Shown here piece after piece: positions 35,815 through 48,800 of a stretch of DNA of 49,045 nt. The position numbers and the translations under genes are program-made. The DNA is from Chara braunii (taxonomy: Eukaryota > Plantae > Charophyceae), in NCBI GenBank assembly GCA_003427395.1, contig BFEA01000004.1, positions 7,677,131-7,726,175 of the forward strand. Direction: 5' to 3'. Position 1 is the first letter of the stretch. Each line of letters starts with the position of its first letter. The notes beneath the pieces are model-generated. The model ran no database searches, was not told the origin of the DNA, and saw nothing but the letters and a program-made list of their open reading frames with translations.

Positions 35815-36464
35815 GGGCCTGGACCCACTAGCACGGTATTCTACCACGCCGTTCAGGATTTCGATCAGGTGTGGCATCGAGTGACTCAGTACGGCCGTTG
35901 AATAGATCGGATCTCGACGGCCTGGTAGTTTCCGAGGGGGGACTGTAAAGATGCCCACCTCCCGTCCAACTTGGACATGATAGCTCGTGGCTTTGCGTGG
36001 GCGGGAAGTCAGGATTTTATGGGCTTTAAAGGGGGGGGGTTGATTTCCAGACTTCGTTTTTTTCTTTTTTTGGCTCTGAGAAATAGAACTTGAAATGTGA
36101 AATTCGAATATTGTGGTGGATCTGACAGGAACGCTTCCGCGTCTGTCGGATGGCCTGCTAAAGGCATCATGAGATACATTGCGAGGAATGTATCCCAATA
36201 CCCGTTACTTGTTCATCCTCGTGAATGTGTTTGTGGACACATTTTATTGCCACGGTACATCACTATGAAGACTTACGTGAAGGAGATCGTACCAACCCAT
36301 GAATTCGGGTGCACAACTGTTCTTCATAGTTTTATATGCTATTTCAATTCATTTTAAATCAGAAAAAGATCCATTCATGCAAATAAAAAATCACTTTGTA
36401 TTTTCCAAAAAAACATAAAACTGTGTCACACGTCGTAGAATACTTCGCTAGTGGGTCCAGGCCC
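35815..36464. mobile_element. Harbinger-like MITE, 650 bp, TIR GGGCCTGGACCCACTAGC, TSD CAG
   Basis: 18-bp perfect TIR, extending imperfectly to ~33 bp; CAG at 35812-35814 and 36465-36467; palindromic reconstructed target GACC-CAG-GGTC. Confidence 0.85.
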
Positions 36465-36570
36465 CAGGGTCGGCGAGTCCCATAAATCTTAGTTTTCTTT
36501 TGCCCGCGCGTAAGAGGAAAAAGGAAAAAAAGAAACTTCTGTACTGCAATGATGTCGGGCAGGGTAGTCT

Positions 36571-39500
36571 TTTTTTTTTTTTTACCAAAACTAATCTGTA
36601 TTCTTCTCTCAATCTNNNNNNNNNNNNNNNNNNNNNNNNNNNNNNNNNNNNNNNNNNNNNNNNNNNNNNNNNNNNNNNNNNNNNNNNNNNNNNNNNNNNN
36701 NNNNNNNNNNNNNNNNNNNNNNNNNNNNNNNNNNNNNNNNNNNNNNNNNNNNNNNNNNNNNNNNNNNNNNNNNNNNNNNNNNNNNNNNNNNNNNNNNNNN
36801 NNNNNNNNNNNNNNNNNNNNNNNNNNNNNNNNNNNNNNNNNNNNNNNNNNNNNNNNNNNNNNNNNNNNNNNNNNNNNNNNNNNNNNNNNNNNNNNNNNNN
36901 NNNNNNNNNNNNNNNNNNNNNNNNNNNNNNNNNNNNNNNNNNNNNNNNNNNNNNNNNNNNNNNNNNNNNNNNNNNNNNNNNNNNNNNNNNNNNNNNNNNN
37001 NNNNNNNNNNNNNNNNNNNNNNNNNNNNNNNNNNNNNNNNNNNNNNNNNNNNNNNNNNNNNNNNNNNNNNNNNNNNNNNNNNNNNNNNNNNNNNNNNNNN
37101 NNNNNNNNNNNNNNNNNNNNNNNNNNNNNNNNNNNNNNNNNNNNNNNNNNNNNNNNNNNNNNNNNNNNNNNNNNNNNNNNNNNNNNNNNNNNNNNNNNNN
37201 NNNNNNNNNNNNNNNNNNNNNNNNNNNNNNNNNNNNNNNNNNNNNNNNNNNNNNNNNNNNNNNNNNNNNNNNNNNNNNNNNNNNNNNNNNNNNNNNNNNN
37301 NNNNNNNNNNNNNNNNNNNNNNNNNNNNNNNNNNNNNNNNNNNNNNNNNNNNNNNNNNNNNNNNNNNNNNNNNNNNNNNNNNNNNNNNNNNNNNNNNNNN
37401 NNNNNNNNNNNNNNNNNNNNNNNNNNNNNNNNNNNNTCCAAATTCTATCCCACCAGCGCCATAGCCACACCGATCCTGGACATTGCAGGAATATGTGTTC
37501 TATTGTTTCAGGGATCAATTTGGAGGGAAAAACAGATTTACAGAATTTACACCAGGGGGATGCTTTTCCTTTCTTTTCCAGAGAAGTTCTATCAATAAGC
37601 CAGTCGTTAGTAGGAAGACAACGATGGGCTATTTGCCATTGAAGAGAGGCAATTTTTGTAGGTTTAATATTGGATAGTTGAAACCACTTAATTGTACGTA
37701 ATTCTTCTATACCTACTCTTAAATGACTCATCCACCGGTACTGCACTCTTTCCTTGAGGTCTACCTTAGGCCTCCGCATCCTATATGCGGATTTTACCGA
37801 TAGACTGTGAAGCATCCTAATATGCATTGGTCCAGCGGGGTTGTGACATGACCAAGACCAGGTGTTTGGGTCAAGTGGAAGGTGGGAGATGGGAGTGTCT
37901 GGCATAAAAGCAAGCAATTTCTCTTGAATTGAAAGCACCCTAATACGAAAGAGTGTGTCCTGCATAAACCATTCTGTCTGGTGGTGAGATTTTGGCGTGA
38001 GAAACCCATGTTCCCCTAGTATGAAGAGTTTTAACAGGATGTTCCCAGAGGTAGAGATTTCCAAAACATTTTCCACAGTTTCTGGTTGAGACAAGATGGA
38101 CACCCAGTCTTTTGTAGTCAGATTTGGTCCTTTCTTGAGAATTCTAAACCAATCCAGCGGTAATATATCTATTATTTTTTCTAGGGCTTCCACTGGAAAG
38201 TGACAATATCTCAATCTGTCATGGAGCATCTGTGGACTAATCCAATCCTTTTCTGCTGCATCCCAAATATCTTTAACCCTAGTAATTCCCTTTTTTATCC
38301 AACCTTTCCAGGGAGATGTAGCACAAGGGTGCAACCTTGGGAATCCCTGATCAAGGAATTATTAAATAGTCGTTGTTGGCAAACTTCTTCCCATCTTTCT
38401 GGTAGTACTTTATCCGGTAAAGGAAGCTTTCTCCAAACCTTTAGTAAATCAATCCAGAAAGAGTCATTAGCCAAGTCTGCCCTAGCCGCATGACGATCTG
38501 AGGGATTGGGTATGGGAGCCGCCGATGATGATTTTTTAGGGAGAGGCCATGCTCTATTTTCCAACCACATAAGTGGGTCCACTTCTTCTGCAGTGGGTGG
38601 TGCTAGCCTCCTGATTTGCTCAATAGCCAGTTTGTTCCAGGGGATTTGGAGGTTAAAGAGTAACCGCTTAATCCATTGGATTGAAAGGGTCATGACTTGG
38701 GTGGTGGGATCAATGATCCCAAGGCCACCTTTCCCTTTGGGTTGGATTATGGATAACCAGACCACTCTACTAATCACATTAACACTTTCATGATTACGGC
38801 GCCATAGGAAGGCGGCAAGCTGTCGTTGAAGTGTCTTTATAGAAGGTTTATCCAAGACCCATATAGCTGATTTGTACCAAGTCGAAGCTAACACCACATT
38901 GTTGATAGCAAGAGTTCTTCCAAATAAGGAAGTATGTTTGTCCTTCCATAATTCCAACTTGGAAAATGCTTTATCCATAATCATTTCGTTGTTAGTGGTT
39001 GGTTTTCCTTTAGCAGAAAGGGAGATTCCCAGGACCCTTATTGGGGTCTCTGGTGGGATCCATTTGATATTGGGTCTATCCGGTGGTCTACCCCCTTGAT
39101 AGTGGAGCCACCATCCCAACGTTTTATTCCCCCAATTAACTCTCATGTCAGATAACTCACAAAATTTATCCATCATTCTTTGGATGACCTCTACATTTTC
39201 TTTAGAGGCATCAACCATTATCGATAAATCATCTGCAAATAAGGAACAGACAGGAATTACGTCCTCTGGGAGGTGGTGACCCTGATTCTCTTGATGTCTT
39301 TATATTGACGGATGTTGGCAGCTAGGGCTTCCATAATATTTACAAATAGTAAGGGAGCAATCGGGTCTCCCTGTCTGACCGAATGCTGTAACGAGATGGG
39401 AGAGGCTACGTTACCATTCAACATTACTTTTGTCGTTGCATTATCATGAAGGATTTTAATCCATCTCCTAAAATTAGACCCAAAATTGAATTTCTCTAAA

Positions 39501-40560
39501 CATTTGTCCAAGAAAATCCAGTCAACATGGTCATATGCCTTCTCAAAATCTATAAAAATGAAGGCAACATTATGTTTAGATTGTCTTGATAATTTAATTA
39601 TTTCATTAATTAACAGGATGTTATCCTGAATGTTTCTTCCTTGAATGAAACCTGTTTGGGAAGGATGAATTATATCTGCAATAAACTTATTAAAACGAAT
39701 TGTTAGTGCTTTGGAGATCATCTTGTAAACTACAGTAAGAAGAGTAATGGGACGGTAATTGCGAATATTAAATTTATCTCCTTTTTTATATAATAGGGTT
39801 AAGACCCCTTGTCCCACAAATTCTCCTATCTGACCTGTTTCCCATACTTTATGGTAGAATTCCATTAGGTCATGGGATATAAAATCCCATGTAGATTCTC
39901 AAAATTCCTTAGGTAGACCATCAATTCCAGGGTTTTTTTCCTCATCCATTAGCAGTAGTGCGGTCCAGATTTCGTTCTTAGTTATCGGCAGGGAGCTGCT
40001 CTCTTTGGGATTCCGAGAGGGACTTAGTCAGAGGTACTAGGAATTCATCAATTTCATTATATCTTTTGATATCATTAGCATTTTGTATTTTTGATGTAAA
40101 TAAAATTAAAAAAAATTCTTTAGCTATTTTGGTACTTTCTGCTGTGGAGAAGGCAATTTCCCCATTTGGATTTTGAGGGTGAGTTAGACCTTCAATGATT
40201 GTTCTCCCTGTTCGCGCTTTGGCCATTGCAAAAAATCTGGCGTCCATACCTCCCCCCGTCTCTGATATACTGATTTTGCCTCTAATCTTGACACCCTGCC
40301 ACCTATGTTCCATCAGAGAGAGTAACCTATTTTCCAGATCCTTTAGTTCTTGAGCCATGGCTTCATCGTTGTACACGTGTGGATGATCTTCTTCCATGGA
40401 TTGGATTAATTGGATTCTTTGTAATAATCTAGTCTCATTGGAATGTCTGTCCGCGGCAAGAAGTTTGGAAAATTCATTGCATTTACGCCCTAGAAAATCT
40501 AAACCGTTGTTGAACCATATAACTTCATCTTGTATAATTTCCTTTTGACTTTGCCAAAAA
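36571..40560 (-). mobile_element. 5'-truncated L1/Tx1-type LINE with 17-bp TSD, spanning a gap; ORF2 linker, RT and zf-RVT, frameshifted
   Basis: TSD GTCGGGCAGGGTAGTCT at 36554-36570 and 40561-40577; poly(T) at 36571-36583; NYRPITLL, IDFEKAYD, VRQGDPIAP, LFADD, GGLGIIDP, CKFC..EHIFLQC. Confidence 0.93.
36616..37436. other. Assembly gap
   Basis: N run. Confidence 1.
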
Positions 40561-41276
40561 GTCGGGCAGGGTAGTCTAGGAGGCTGTGCTCACAGTCTTT
40601 CTCTACAGAATCCATCTTACCACAAAGAAGGTCACATTCTGAAACTTCTTGTTTTTTTTTTCTTTTTTTTCTTCTCGTTTGTTTGTTATGAGTCCCCAAC
40701 CAACGAGGTAGGGCGGATTCCGTGATTTGCTCTAGCTGTATTTCCTCAGAGGATTGTAACCCTCATGTATCCAGCCATTTTCACGGCCGATTCCATGTTA
40801 CGGCTCGTTTTTTTATTTTTTCTGTTTCTGGAATCTGACAATCTGAATCCCTGATCTTCTTGAGTTGTGTTTTATCAGGATTGTAATCCTGATCACACTG
40901 GCACTTAGAGAAATGTATCCATCCATTTTCATGGCCGAATCCGTGTTTCTGTTTTTTTTTTTTTGGTGTTTCTGGAATCTTACAACCTGGCCACGGGGTT
41001 GAGATGCCCTCACTGGGGGCACACTCACACTACAGCTTCCAAGAATGCATACAACTGCAAGCACAGGAAGAGCTTTGTTTCCTTTTTTTTGTTTTCTTGT
41101 TTTGTGAGTGTCACGGCCGCAACTTTTCTTCGTCTTTTCTTCCTTTTTTTTTTCTTTTTTCTTTTCTTCCCGTGAGAGTACCATAAAGAAATGGAGTGGG
41201 ACCCAGGCTCGGCAAACTCGGAGTGCAGTGAAATTCAGGGTCGGCAAAAACAGGCTCGGAGGTACTTGTGGTTTAA

Positions 41277-41540
41277 ACCACCAGTACTTGGGCCAGCTAT
41301 ATTTGCCCAGCCAGGATACCCCTTGCACACCAAGTTTTGCTGAGCCGCCAGGGTAACATTTCGTTTTCATTTTGGCCGGCGCTTCCAGCGATTATGGTTC
41401 GGTGCCCCGAAGACCACAACTACCGGCGTGTTAACGTGAAATACCGGCGCGTTAACGTGAAATACCAGCGCGTTAACGTGAAATACTGGCGCGTTAACGT
41501 GAAATGCCGGCGGCCGATAACTGGGCCAAGTACCGGTGGT
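41277..41540. mobile_element. Small MITE-like element with ~24-bp imperfect TIRs containing four 21-bp tandem repeats
   Basis: ACCACCAGTACTTGGGCCAGCTAT versus the reverse-complemented right end ACCACCGGTACTTGGCCCAGTTAT; TACCGGCGYGTTAACGTGAAA x4 at 41421-41504; flanks TAA/TAG. Confidence 0.65.
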
Positions 41541-41801
41541 TAGAGAAGGTTACTCGCGTTAGGGTTGGGGTAGGGGGCCATCTGATGCTCAGCCATTGAG
41601 GGCATCCCAATCATGGATGGATTTCTGGAGGCTCTCTCTTTCTTGCTGCATACCTTCTCCCCTTTTTTCTTTTAACCCAACACTTCACATGAACCGGTGT
41701 ACTGCTCTTACTGATACACTTGGTAAGAGCATTTCTATTCAGGACTGGGGCCACAGTTGCAGGCTTGAGAGCCTTGGAAGGTAGCTTTGTCAAGCGTTGT
41801 T

Positions 41802-41802
<1 letters not shown>

Positions 41803-41845
<43 letters not shown>

Positions 41846-42322
41846 CACTTCGATCTCTCTCTGATTTTCCAGATCCATTCCCACCTTCTTCCTTGAGTCT
41901 GATACCGTTGAGAGGGTCGTGTGAACTGGCATCCTTTGGATCTTCCATGACCTGGCCTTTGCAACCTGCAGGGAGGCCTTGCAGCCAGCTATATCCTCTC
42001 TTCCGCGATGAGCGGCTCAAGTGAACTAACCCTGGATGGGTGACATTCGGGAAGGGGGTGGTCTGCTGGTAGCGGTAGTGCCAGGCATAACTTGCAAGTC
42101 GCAGAGCCTCCCCCCTCTCCGCCGTCCCCAAGTGAACATCAGCAGCAGTGTCTCAGTCAACATACCCTACTAATGCCCATCTTGGGGAAGTTGGGGGGAC
42201 ACAGGGTATCTCTAGATGGTACTCACAAGCATGTCCAGGCTAATAAGAGGATGCCGATAGGAGTTGAACCCAAGACCTGCTGAATGCCACTTGTGTGCCT
42301 TTCCAACTGAGCAAGGCTGCTG
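41803..42322 (-). mobile_element. SINE family A, copy 2, with a different 3' half and a poly(A) tail
   Basis: Head CAGCAGCCTTGCTCAGTTGG..GTGGCATTCAGCAGGTCTTGGGTTCAACTCC; core shared with copy 1 to ~42090; T-run at 41803-41841. Confidence 0.75.
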
Positions 42323-42895
42323 ACATTCTTCAAAGTTGCAGAGGGCAGGCTATATGGTATACACATGTAAACCCCCTTCATGAACAGATTAAGAGTTGGG
42401 GGGAGGGGGATCCTTCATCATGCTTCATGAGTTGGGATCGGGATCCTTCATGAGTTGGGATCCCTCATGTGTTGGAATCCTAGCGGAATCAGATCAGAGT
42501 ATAGTAAATTAAATGAAAAAATAAGAGAAATGGAGAACATAGAAAGATCAAGTGGAAGGACGTGCCGAGGGCGCTCTTTTTGCACATGCAGCACGATCTG
42601 TCGGTTCCTCAAAGCAAGGCGCCCAACTGCTTGTGTGTCGTACCGGCGACGGCCGAACCACCTAGTTTGAGACAAGACGGGCAGTAGAGAAAAACTTCAC
42701 GGTACGAGCGACATCGAGATATGTAGGTCGGGTTGCCTTGGCTTTACCACCCAGGGGATGTGGGAATGATAACTCCTATCCCGTTAATTGAGGCCTCGTT
42801 ATTATATGTATTGTTTAATAAGTCTGTCTGTAGGTTTGAATTGTTAAGTGTTTGTGGTTTTGATTGGTATTATTTGACTTTCTTGTGCGTCAAAA

Positions 42896-45850
42896 ATGGA
42901 ACCTCCCGCAGGCGCCCCCCTCCCACCTAACAGTGGGGGAACTGACAAGAGTAGACTCAAGGAACTGATGACTAATTGTTACCAAGGGGGTCTCCTCCCA
43001 GAGCATCTCAATCCTGAAAGCGTAGACATAGGGGATGACTACGTGAAGGTGGTAGTCAACCCTGAAGTCTACGCGATTCAGGAGGAGTGGCTCAAAGAAA
43101 ATGCTGTTTCGGTATTTTTTGGGAAAGATTCGAAATCACTGNCAATCTCGGTCAAAGTTCGCTTGATTCGTATGCATGAAAATGGATGGGCAAGGAGTGG
43201 AGCAATTAGTGCACCTCCGATGAGAGGAGTGTTTCATAATGAGGGGCACAATTTGATTACTTATGTAGCCTCGGCGAAGGAGATTGCAACGTGGCTACTT
43301 AGGAAAAAAAAGGACGAAATAACTTTGGATGGGAAAAGGTACACCCTATCCTTCAAACCCTGGATGCCAGAAAACGAGTTGGTTGAGTGGCGTGAGGCCA
43401 TGCGTTTCAGGTATTTCTGGATTAGGTGTATGTACGTTCCCGTTGTGGCCCTGCCACACCTGGCACCTGCTGTGAAAAAGGCTTTCGTTCCGATCTTAAG
43501 GAAGTATGAAACATATGCGGACAAAAATGCCCCGGAATTAATTAACGTTAAATTTGACTTGGAAGCACAAGCCAGACTTCGTTATAAACCTTACCTATGT
43601 ATTGACATGCAAAAAAAGGGTTATGTGGAAATCGAAGTCGTTCATGCCCGAACCCCTTGGTGTCGGGCATGCCGACATAATTTTCACACGGAGGAGGATG
43701 AGTGTTGTCCAGCCTGGAAACCTCCGGCTCCTTCACAGAACCAGGGTAAAGACCTAGACCAGGGTAAGAAGAGCCAGGGTGATGACGCAGCTGTGAACAG
43801 AAACAATCCGAAGGCCAAATTAGATTTGGGACGTAAGAAAAAAGGGGGACATCCGGAAGGGGACAACAACATGGAGGGTGGGGAAAAGGAGAAGGGGAAA
43901 GACAGGGAGGGGCAACCCACTGTCTCAGGCTCCTTTGGGGCTAATGGGAAGGGGGATGCAGGGAACCAGAAAGAGAAAGACAAGGGTGAAGATAAGGAGG
44001 AGGATAAGGACACGACTATGGAGGATGGCGAAACCAAGTCCCCGGAAGGAAAAGCAAAGGAGGGGAGTGAGGAAGAATTTCGGGACCAGCCCATGGAATC
44101 CAGAAAGAACAAGAAGCCTATGAATAAAAANAAGAAGNCAGTGGGGAAGAAGNGGAAGAAAAAGAAGGCTNAGACCGAATGGAAAATCTCCAAATNACGG
44201 AGGCAGNACCAGGAAGTGGTAACAGGAGAAAATAAGGANCAACCTTCAGAGGCTTCCACTTCGGCGCCAGGTAATTCGGCCAACCCTGACCACNTGTTGG
44301 TAANGAGCCCGACTNAGANGGAGCGAGGGGATCAAGGGGACCAAGGGGTCTTGCAGATAAAAGGGTGTAGTGATGGGCCCCTGAGACCCGTGGTAATGAG
44401 TGGCGAAAGTCCGAAGGATGGAACCTTCCCCTCCCCGCCCTCCTCCACTGTCTCCCCTGGTAACGGTAAACCGAAGGAAATGGGTACAGTTGTAGTATCT
44501 GAGTCGCGAACAAAGGGGAGTCCTCCTAGGGAGGCGAGTACTCAGCGCTCGGGCGGCATGAAACAAGCGGATTTACTGTCGAGCCCGATGCAGCAGGTTT
44601 CAGATACGACTAGACGGACAACTTTGACTCTCACCGCTCTAACTAAGGATATCCCGAAGGACTGTTCGGTCTATGAAAATAAATTGTACAACAGGGAATC
44701 CTCAGTGAAGGAACGGATAGAAGCCCAGGGGCTTAAATTCAACCCGTTGGTTATCAACAATAAAACAGTCCTCATACCAACCGAGACACATAGTCCCTCT
44801 TCCAGCTCAGGTGAGGATTCAGAAGGGGATAAGGAAGGCTCTCCAACCTTCTTCTTCCCGACAGGGGCCTCTGAGCAGTCGGACAAAGCAACGGAGGACA
44901 TCTGGAAGAGTGGTAAGGAATGGAATACGGGGATGGCTCGAGCAGTTAATCCTTTTGCCTGGCCATCCCCCGCTACTCCGCTGCCCGAAGGAACAAAAAC
45001 TGACCATCCGAATATCTCAGTGAACTTGTCCTCTGTGAAGAGACCCCGTATTGATGGTTTGAAATTTTTAGCGAGACAGGAAGATGAGGAGAGCGGGACT
45101 TGCACAGAAGAGGTGGCCAAAAACTCTCCTATGAAAAGAGGAAGAGCCGAGATGTCCAAAACCGCTAGACGCTTACTGTCTCTGGCTGCACCGATGAGGA
45201 CACTGACGAGGAAAGAAAAGACAATGGGACAGACGTTGGATTATCTGATCCCTATAATCTGTTCGCATGACGGACATACACTGCGGTTCCTCACATTGAA
45301 GGGGAAGGATGAAACTTTGACCCTCCCAGCCATCCTATTACGAAGCACGCCCTCCCCAGTGATGGTCTGTAATCTGGTAAAGATACAGACCTCGCAAAAT
45401 CTGGGGGAAGCGAGTTTGCTACCTGAGCCAAAAATGGCACGCCACTCGGTAAATCTACCAAAAGGGAGTATAGTCCGCCTCTTGATTGCATTTGTGGATA
45501 TGGCATATATGACAGGCAATAAATCGAAATGGGATGACCTGAGGATCTATTGGATAGAACTGGCCCACCTTCTTGCGGTATAGTCAGATACTTTGGCAGG
45601 GATAAGACTGTTGTCAGGGTTGACTGCGCGTGCAGTGGCCGAGTGGTTAGCTCAATCTGATAACGCCTCCTTGGTCTCATCAGAGTCCTTTGCCTCCTCC
45701 CTCTTGAAGAGGAGGGCGGGGAAAAATCTGAATTTTGAAATTGGTGAACGAATGGCCTCAAAGCCTAAGCAACCAAGGCCAGTTGAGGGAAATGTGGACC
45801 GCATCCAACAGTCCAGCGGAAGAGCCACCGATAATGACTCTTCCCAATAA
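42896..45850 (+). pseudogene. LINE ORF1 protein (RRM-like N-terminus, CCHC-like knuckle, long disordered region)
   Basis: 895-aa ORF with FKPW..FWIR..VP and WCRACRHNFHTEEDECC; the same frame continues past TAG 45581-45583 to TAA 45850. Confidence 0.8.
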
Positions 45851-48800
45851 AGGCAGACTTATCAGTTGGAACGTCCGCGGTCTATGCGACCTCAATGACA
45901 CTCATAAAAGAGCCAGAGTGGCAAACTGGCTGCGCTCACACCATGCTCATATTGTCTGCCTTCAGGAGACCAAAATTGGTCCGGACATACTTGTAGATAT
46001 TAGCAGATGGTGGCCTGGTCCCCAAGTCTGGGCTCCAACGATGGAGTCCAGAGGAGGAGTGGCAATTCTATTAGATAAAAAACTGGAAGTAGACATAATA
46101 AACAGCCGCGCAGATCCAGAAGGACGTTGGGCCTGGGTGAAACTAACCATGGCAGATGAGGATTGGTCTGTTATGTCGGTCTATGCACCAGTGGATTATA
46201 ACACAAGGATCGGCTTCTTTGCTGATCTCCCTAAGTTTATTCCAGACATAGACAACCTGATTCTTATGGGCGACTGGAACTGTATTCTTAATCCGGGTCT
46301 TGATTCTCCAGCCGTAGCTCCAATCAGGAGAGATGCGATGTTGCTCTCCACCTTTATGGAAGCACATAATCTGGTGGATGCATACAGGACTCTTAAACCA
46401 GAGACCCCGGGTTACACTTGGAGAGACCCTTGACCGTTCTCTTGGATGTTATTTCACAAGAATCCGTGGATAGGCATAGGCCACCTTTTAGACTTAATGT
46501 TAATATCTTGAAGGACCCGGGAATTCCACAATGGGTTAAATCTCAAGTGAAAGATTGGTCGCTAGCCAGGGATCTGTTTGATAAGTATGAAGATTGGGTA
46601 GATGCAGGGATTGGTATCCTGCAAGAGGGAATGATTGAGTTCTCCAGAATGAAAGCAGCTGCGCGGAACTGGAAGGAAAAACAACTGTCTTAGACAATAG
46701 AGCAAGCAGATGCGTATGATGGATCGGATCCGTTCCTCGAATACCATTGGTCAACTAAAAGGTCCGCTGCATTGGCTGAATGGGAAGAACTGGAAATTAG
46801 TAAACAGGCAAACTGGCGGGAATGGCTCCGCATTAAAGGAATACTGGACACGATAGGATGACAAAGGAGACCTTTCGCTCCCTTATATTACGAAGGGCCA
46901 GACCTGTGATGCGAGAACTTGCCCACCCCTTTGCCATCAATGGCTTGGTGGCCACAGACACCGAAACACTGTGTAGGTATGCAATGCTTTATTTTCAAGA
47001 TATCGTTTCTACTAGGCGGCCCTTTGATAATTTCCATTCTAACTTGGCGGAATTTCATTCCTTTTGGGACTGCAACTTAAAACAGATCCCTCCCAGCCTG
47101 TGTGCTGGATTGGAAGACCCTATCTCACTGGAAGAGGTAACGACAGCGGCCAAACAGATGGCCAAGGAAAAATGTCCAGGCCCTGATGGGTTGCCGATAA
47201 AAATTTTCCTCACAGCCTGGGATGTTTTTGGTCAATTTTTTTGTGAGATTTTTAATACGGCCCGGACTTCAGGGTCCTTGCCTCCAGGCTTGGTAAACGG
47301 AATGATCTCCTTAATGTATAAAAAAAGAGACAAGAATGAAATCAGAAATTGGCGACCGATTTCGATCCTGAATGTTTCCTATAAACTGTTAGCAAATGTG
47401 TTTGCCCTAAGACTGGCCCTGGTGCTCCCGTCACTGGTAGGAGAGGAGTAAGGTGCATCCGTTAAGGGGCGATCTATCTTTGATAACATTTTAGCGACGG
47501 TACAAACATTAGAGATCATTAGCCAGGAAAGGAGGAACACGACTATCCTAATGTTAGATATGGAAAAAGCATATGACAAGGTGGGGTGGGCCTTTGTCAA
47601 CACCACCCTCTTACACATGGGATTTGGGCCTCAGTTCCGGAACTGGGTCAGGACTATGTACGCCAATGCTACGGCCACTGTTCTGGTGAATGGGAAGCAG
47701 TCGGAACAGTTTCATCTGTCCCACTTACTAAGACAGGGTTGTCCCTTGGCCCCGCTGATCTTCGTTATCCAACTGGAAATTCTATTGGCTAACATTCGAA
47801 CCAATCAAAGAATTGAAGGTCTGTACCTCTCCCCTGCCTTTCAATGGAAAGGAGGGGCCTTAGCAGATGATTTGACTGTTGCATGTAAGAATAATCCTGA
47901 TTGTTTGACCGAATTAAGAAATATTATAGATGAATACTGTTTACTATCTGAGGCCTCTATTAATTGGGATAAGTCTATCTACTTCTTACATCCTTCTCAC
48001 TCCCTATGTGTTAACTGGGGATTGAGGTTGGTACCAGCTAACACAACGGACAGGTTCTTGGGAGTTCAAGTTTCCCTGTCAGATTGTGCAGACATCCAAG
48101 ATGGTATTTTGGCAGACAAAGTGCTCGAGCGCATTGCAAGCTGGGAAAGGCGTACCCATCTCTCTCTTTTCGGAAGGGCGTTGGTTCTTTCAACATCTGC
48201 AATGTCCCTTTTATGGTTTCCACTGTCAGTGCATCGCCTGAGCCAAAAGTCATATCGGAGAATTAAAAATGCAGCAGGCAGATACATTTGGAAACCCGAA
48301 GCCACGGCGGAACAGGGTTACATCTCTAAGGTGGCATGGGAAGTAATTGCCACCCCAAGGAAAGAAGGAGGCTTGGGTGTACTGGACCCTCTTCAGCAGA
48401 ATGACGTTTTTTTGTCAAAGTGGCCAGTGGAAGCCATGCTGGAAGCTGGTCAAAAAATCTGGATGCCTTTCGCGGAGTATGTCTTGGGAAGGGAGTGGGA
48501 ACTTTAGGATCAGTCTAAGATCTGGTTGTGTTTGCTCCTGCCTTCCTTCTGCAATCGTAAGCTAAAGTCGAAGTTATGGGGGAATATCCTCACTGCATGG
48601 AATAAGATCAAGCCGAATGAAGCTAAGCCTCCAACGACGAAACAAGAGGTACTAAATCAACTTCTTTTTAATAATGAGAGGACTCTGCAAGTGCCCTTTC
48701 CCAACAACAGATACCCCAGGAGCGTTTGGCAGGGCCTGGGTTAAAAAAGGCATCATGCAGATCCGGGATGTCTGGGATCAATCAAAGGGATGTTTTTTGG

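Noticed and set aside
41421-41504. CRISPR array
   Set aside because: Direct tandem repeats with no unique spacers.
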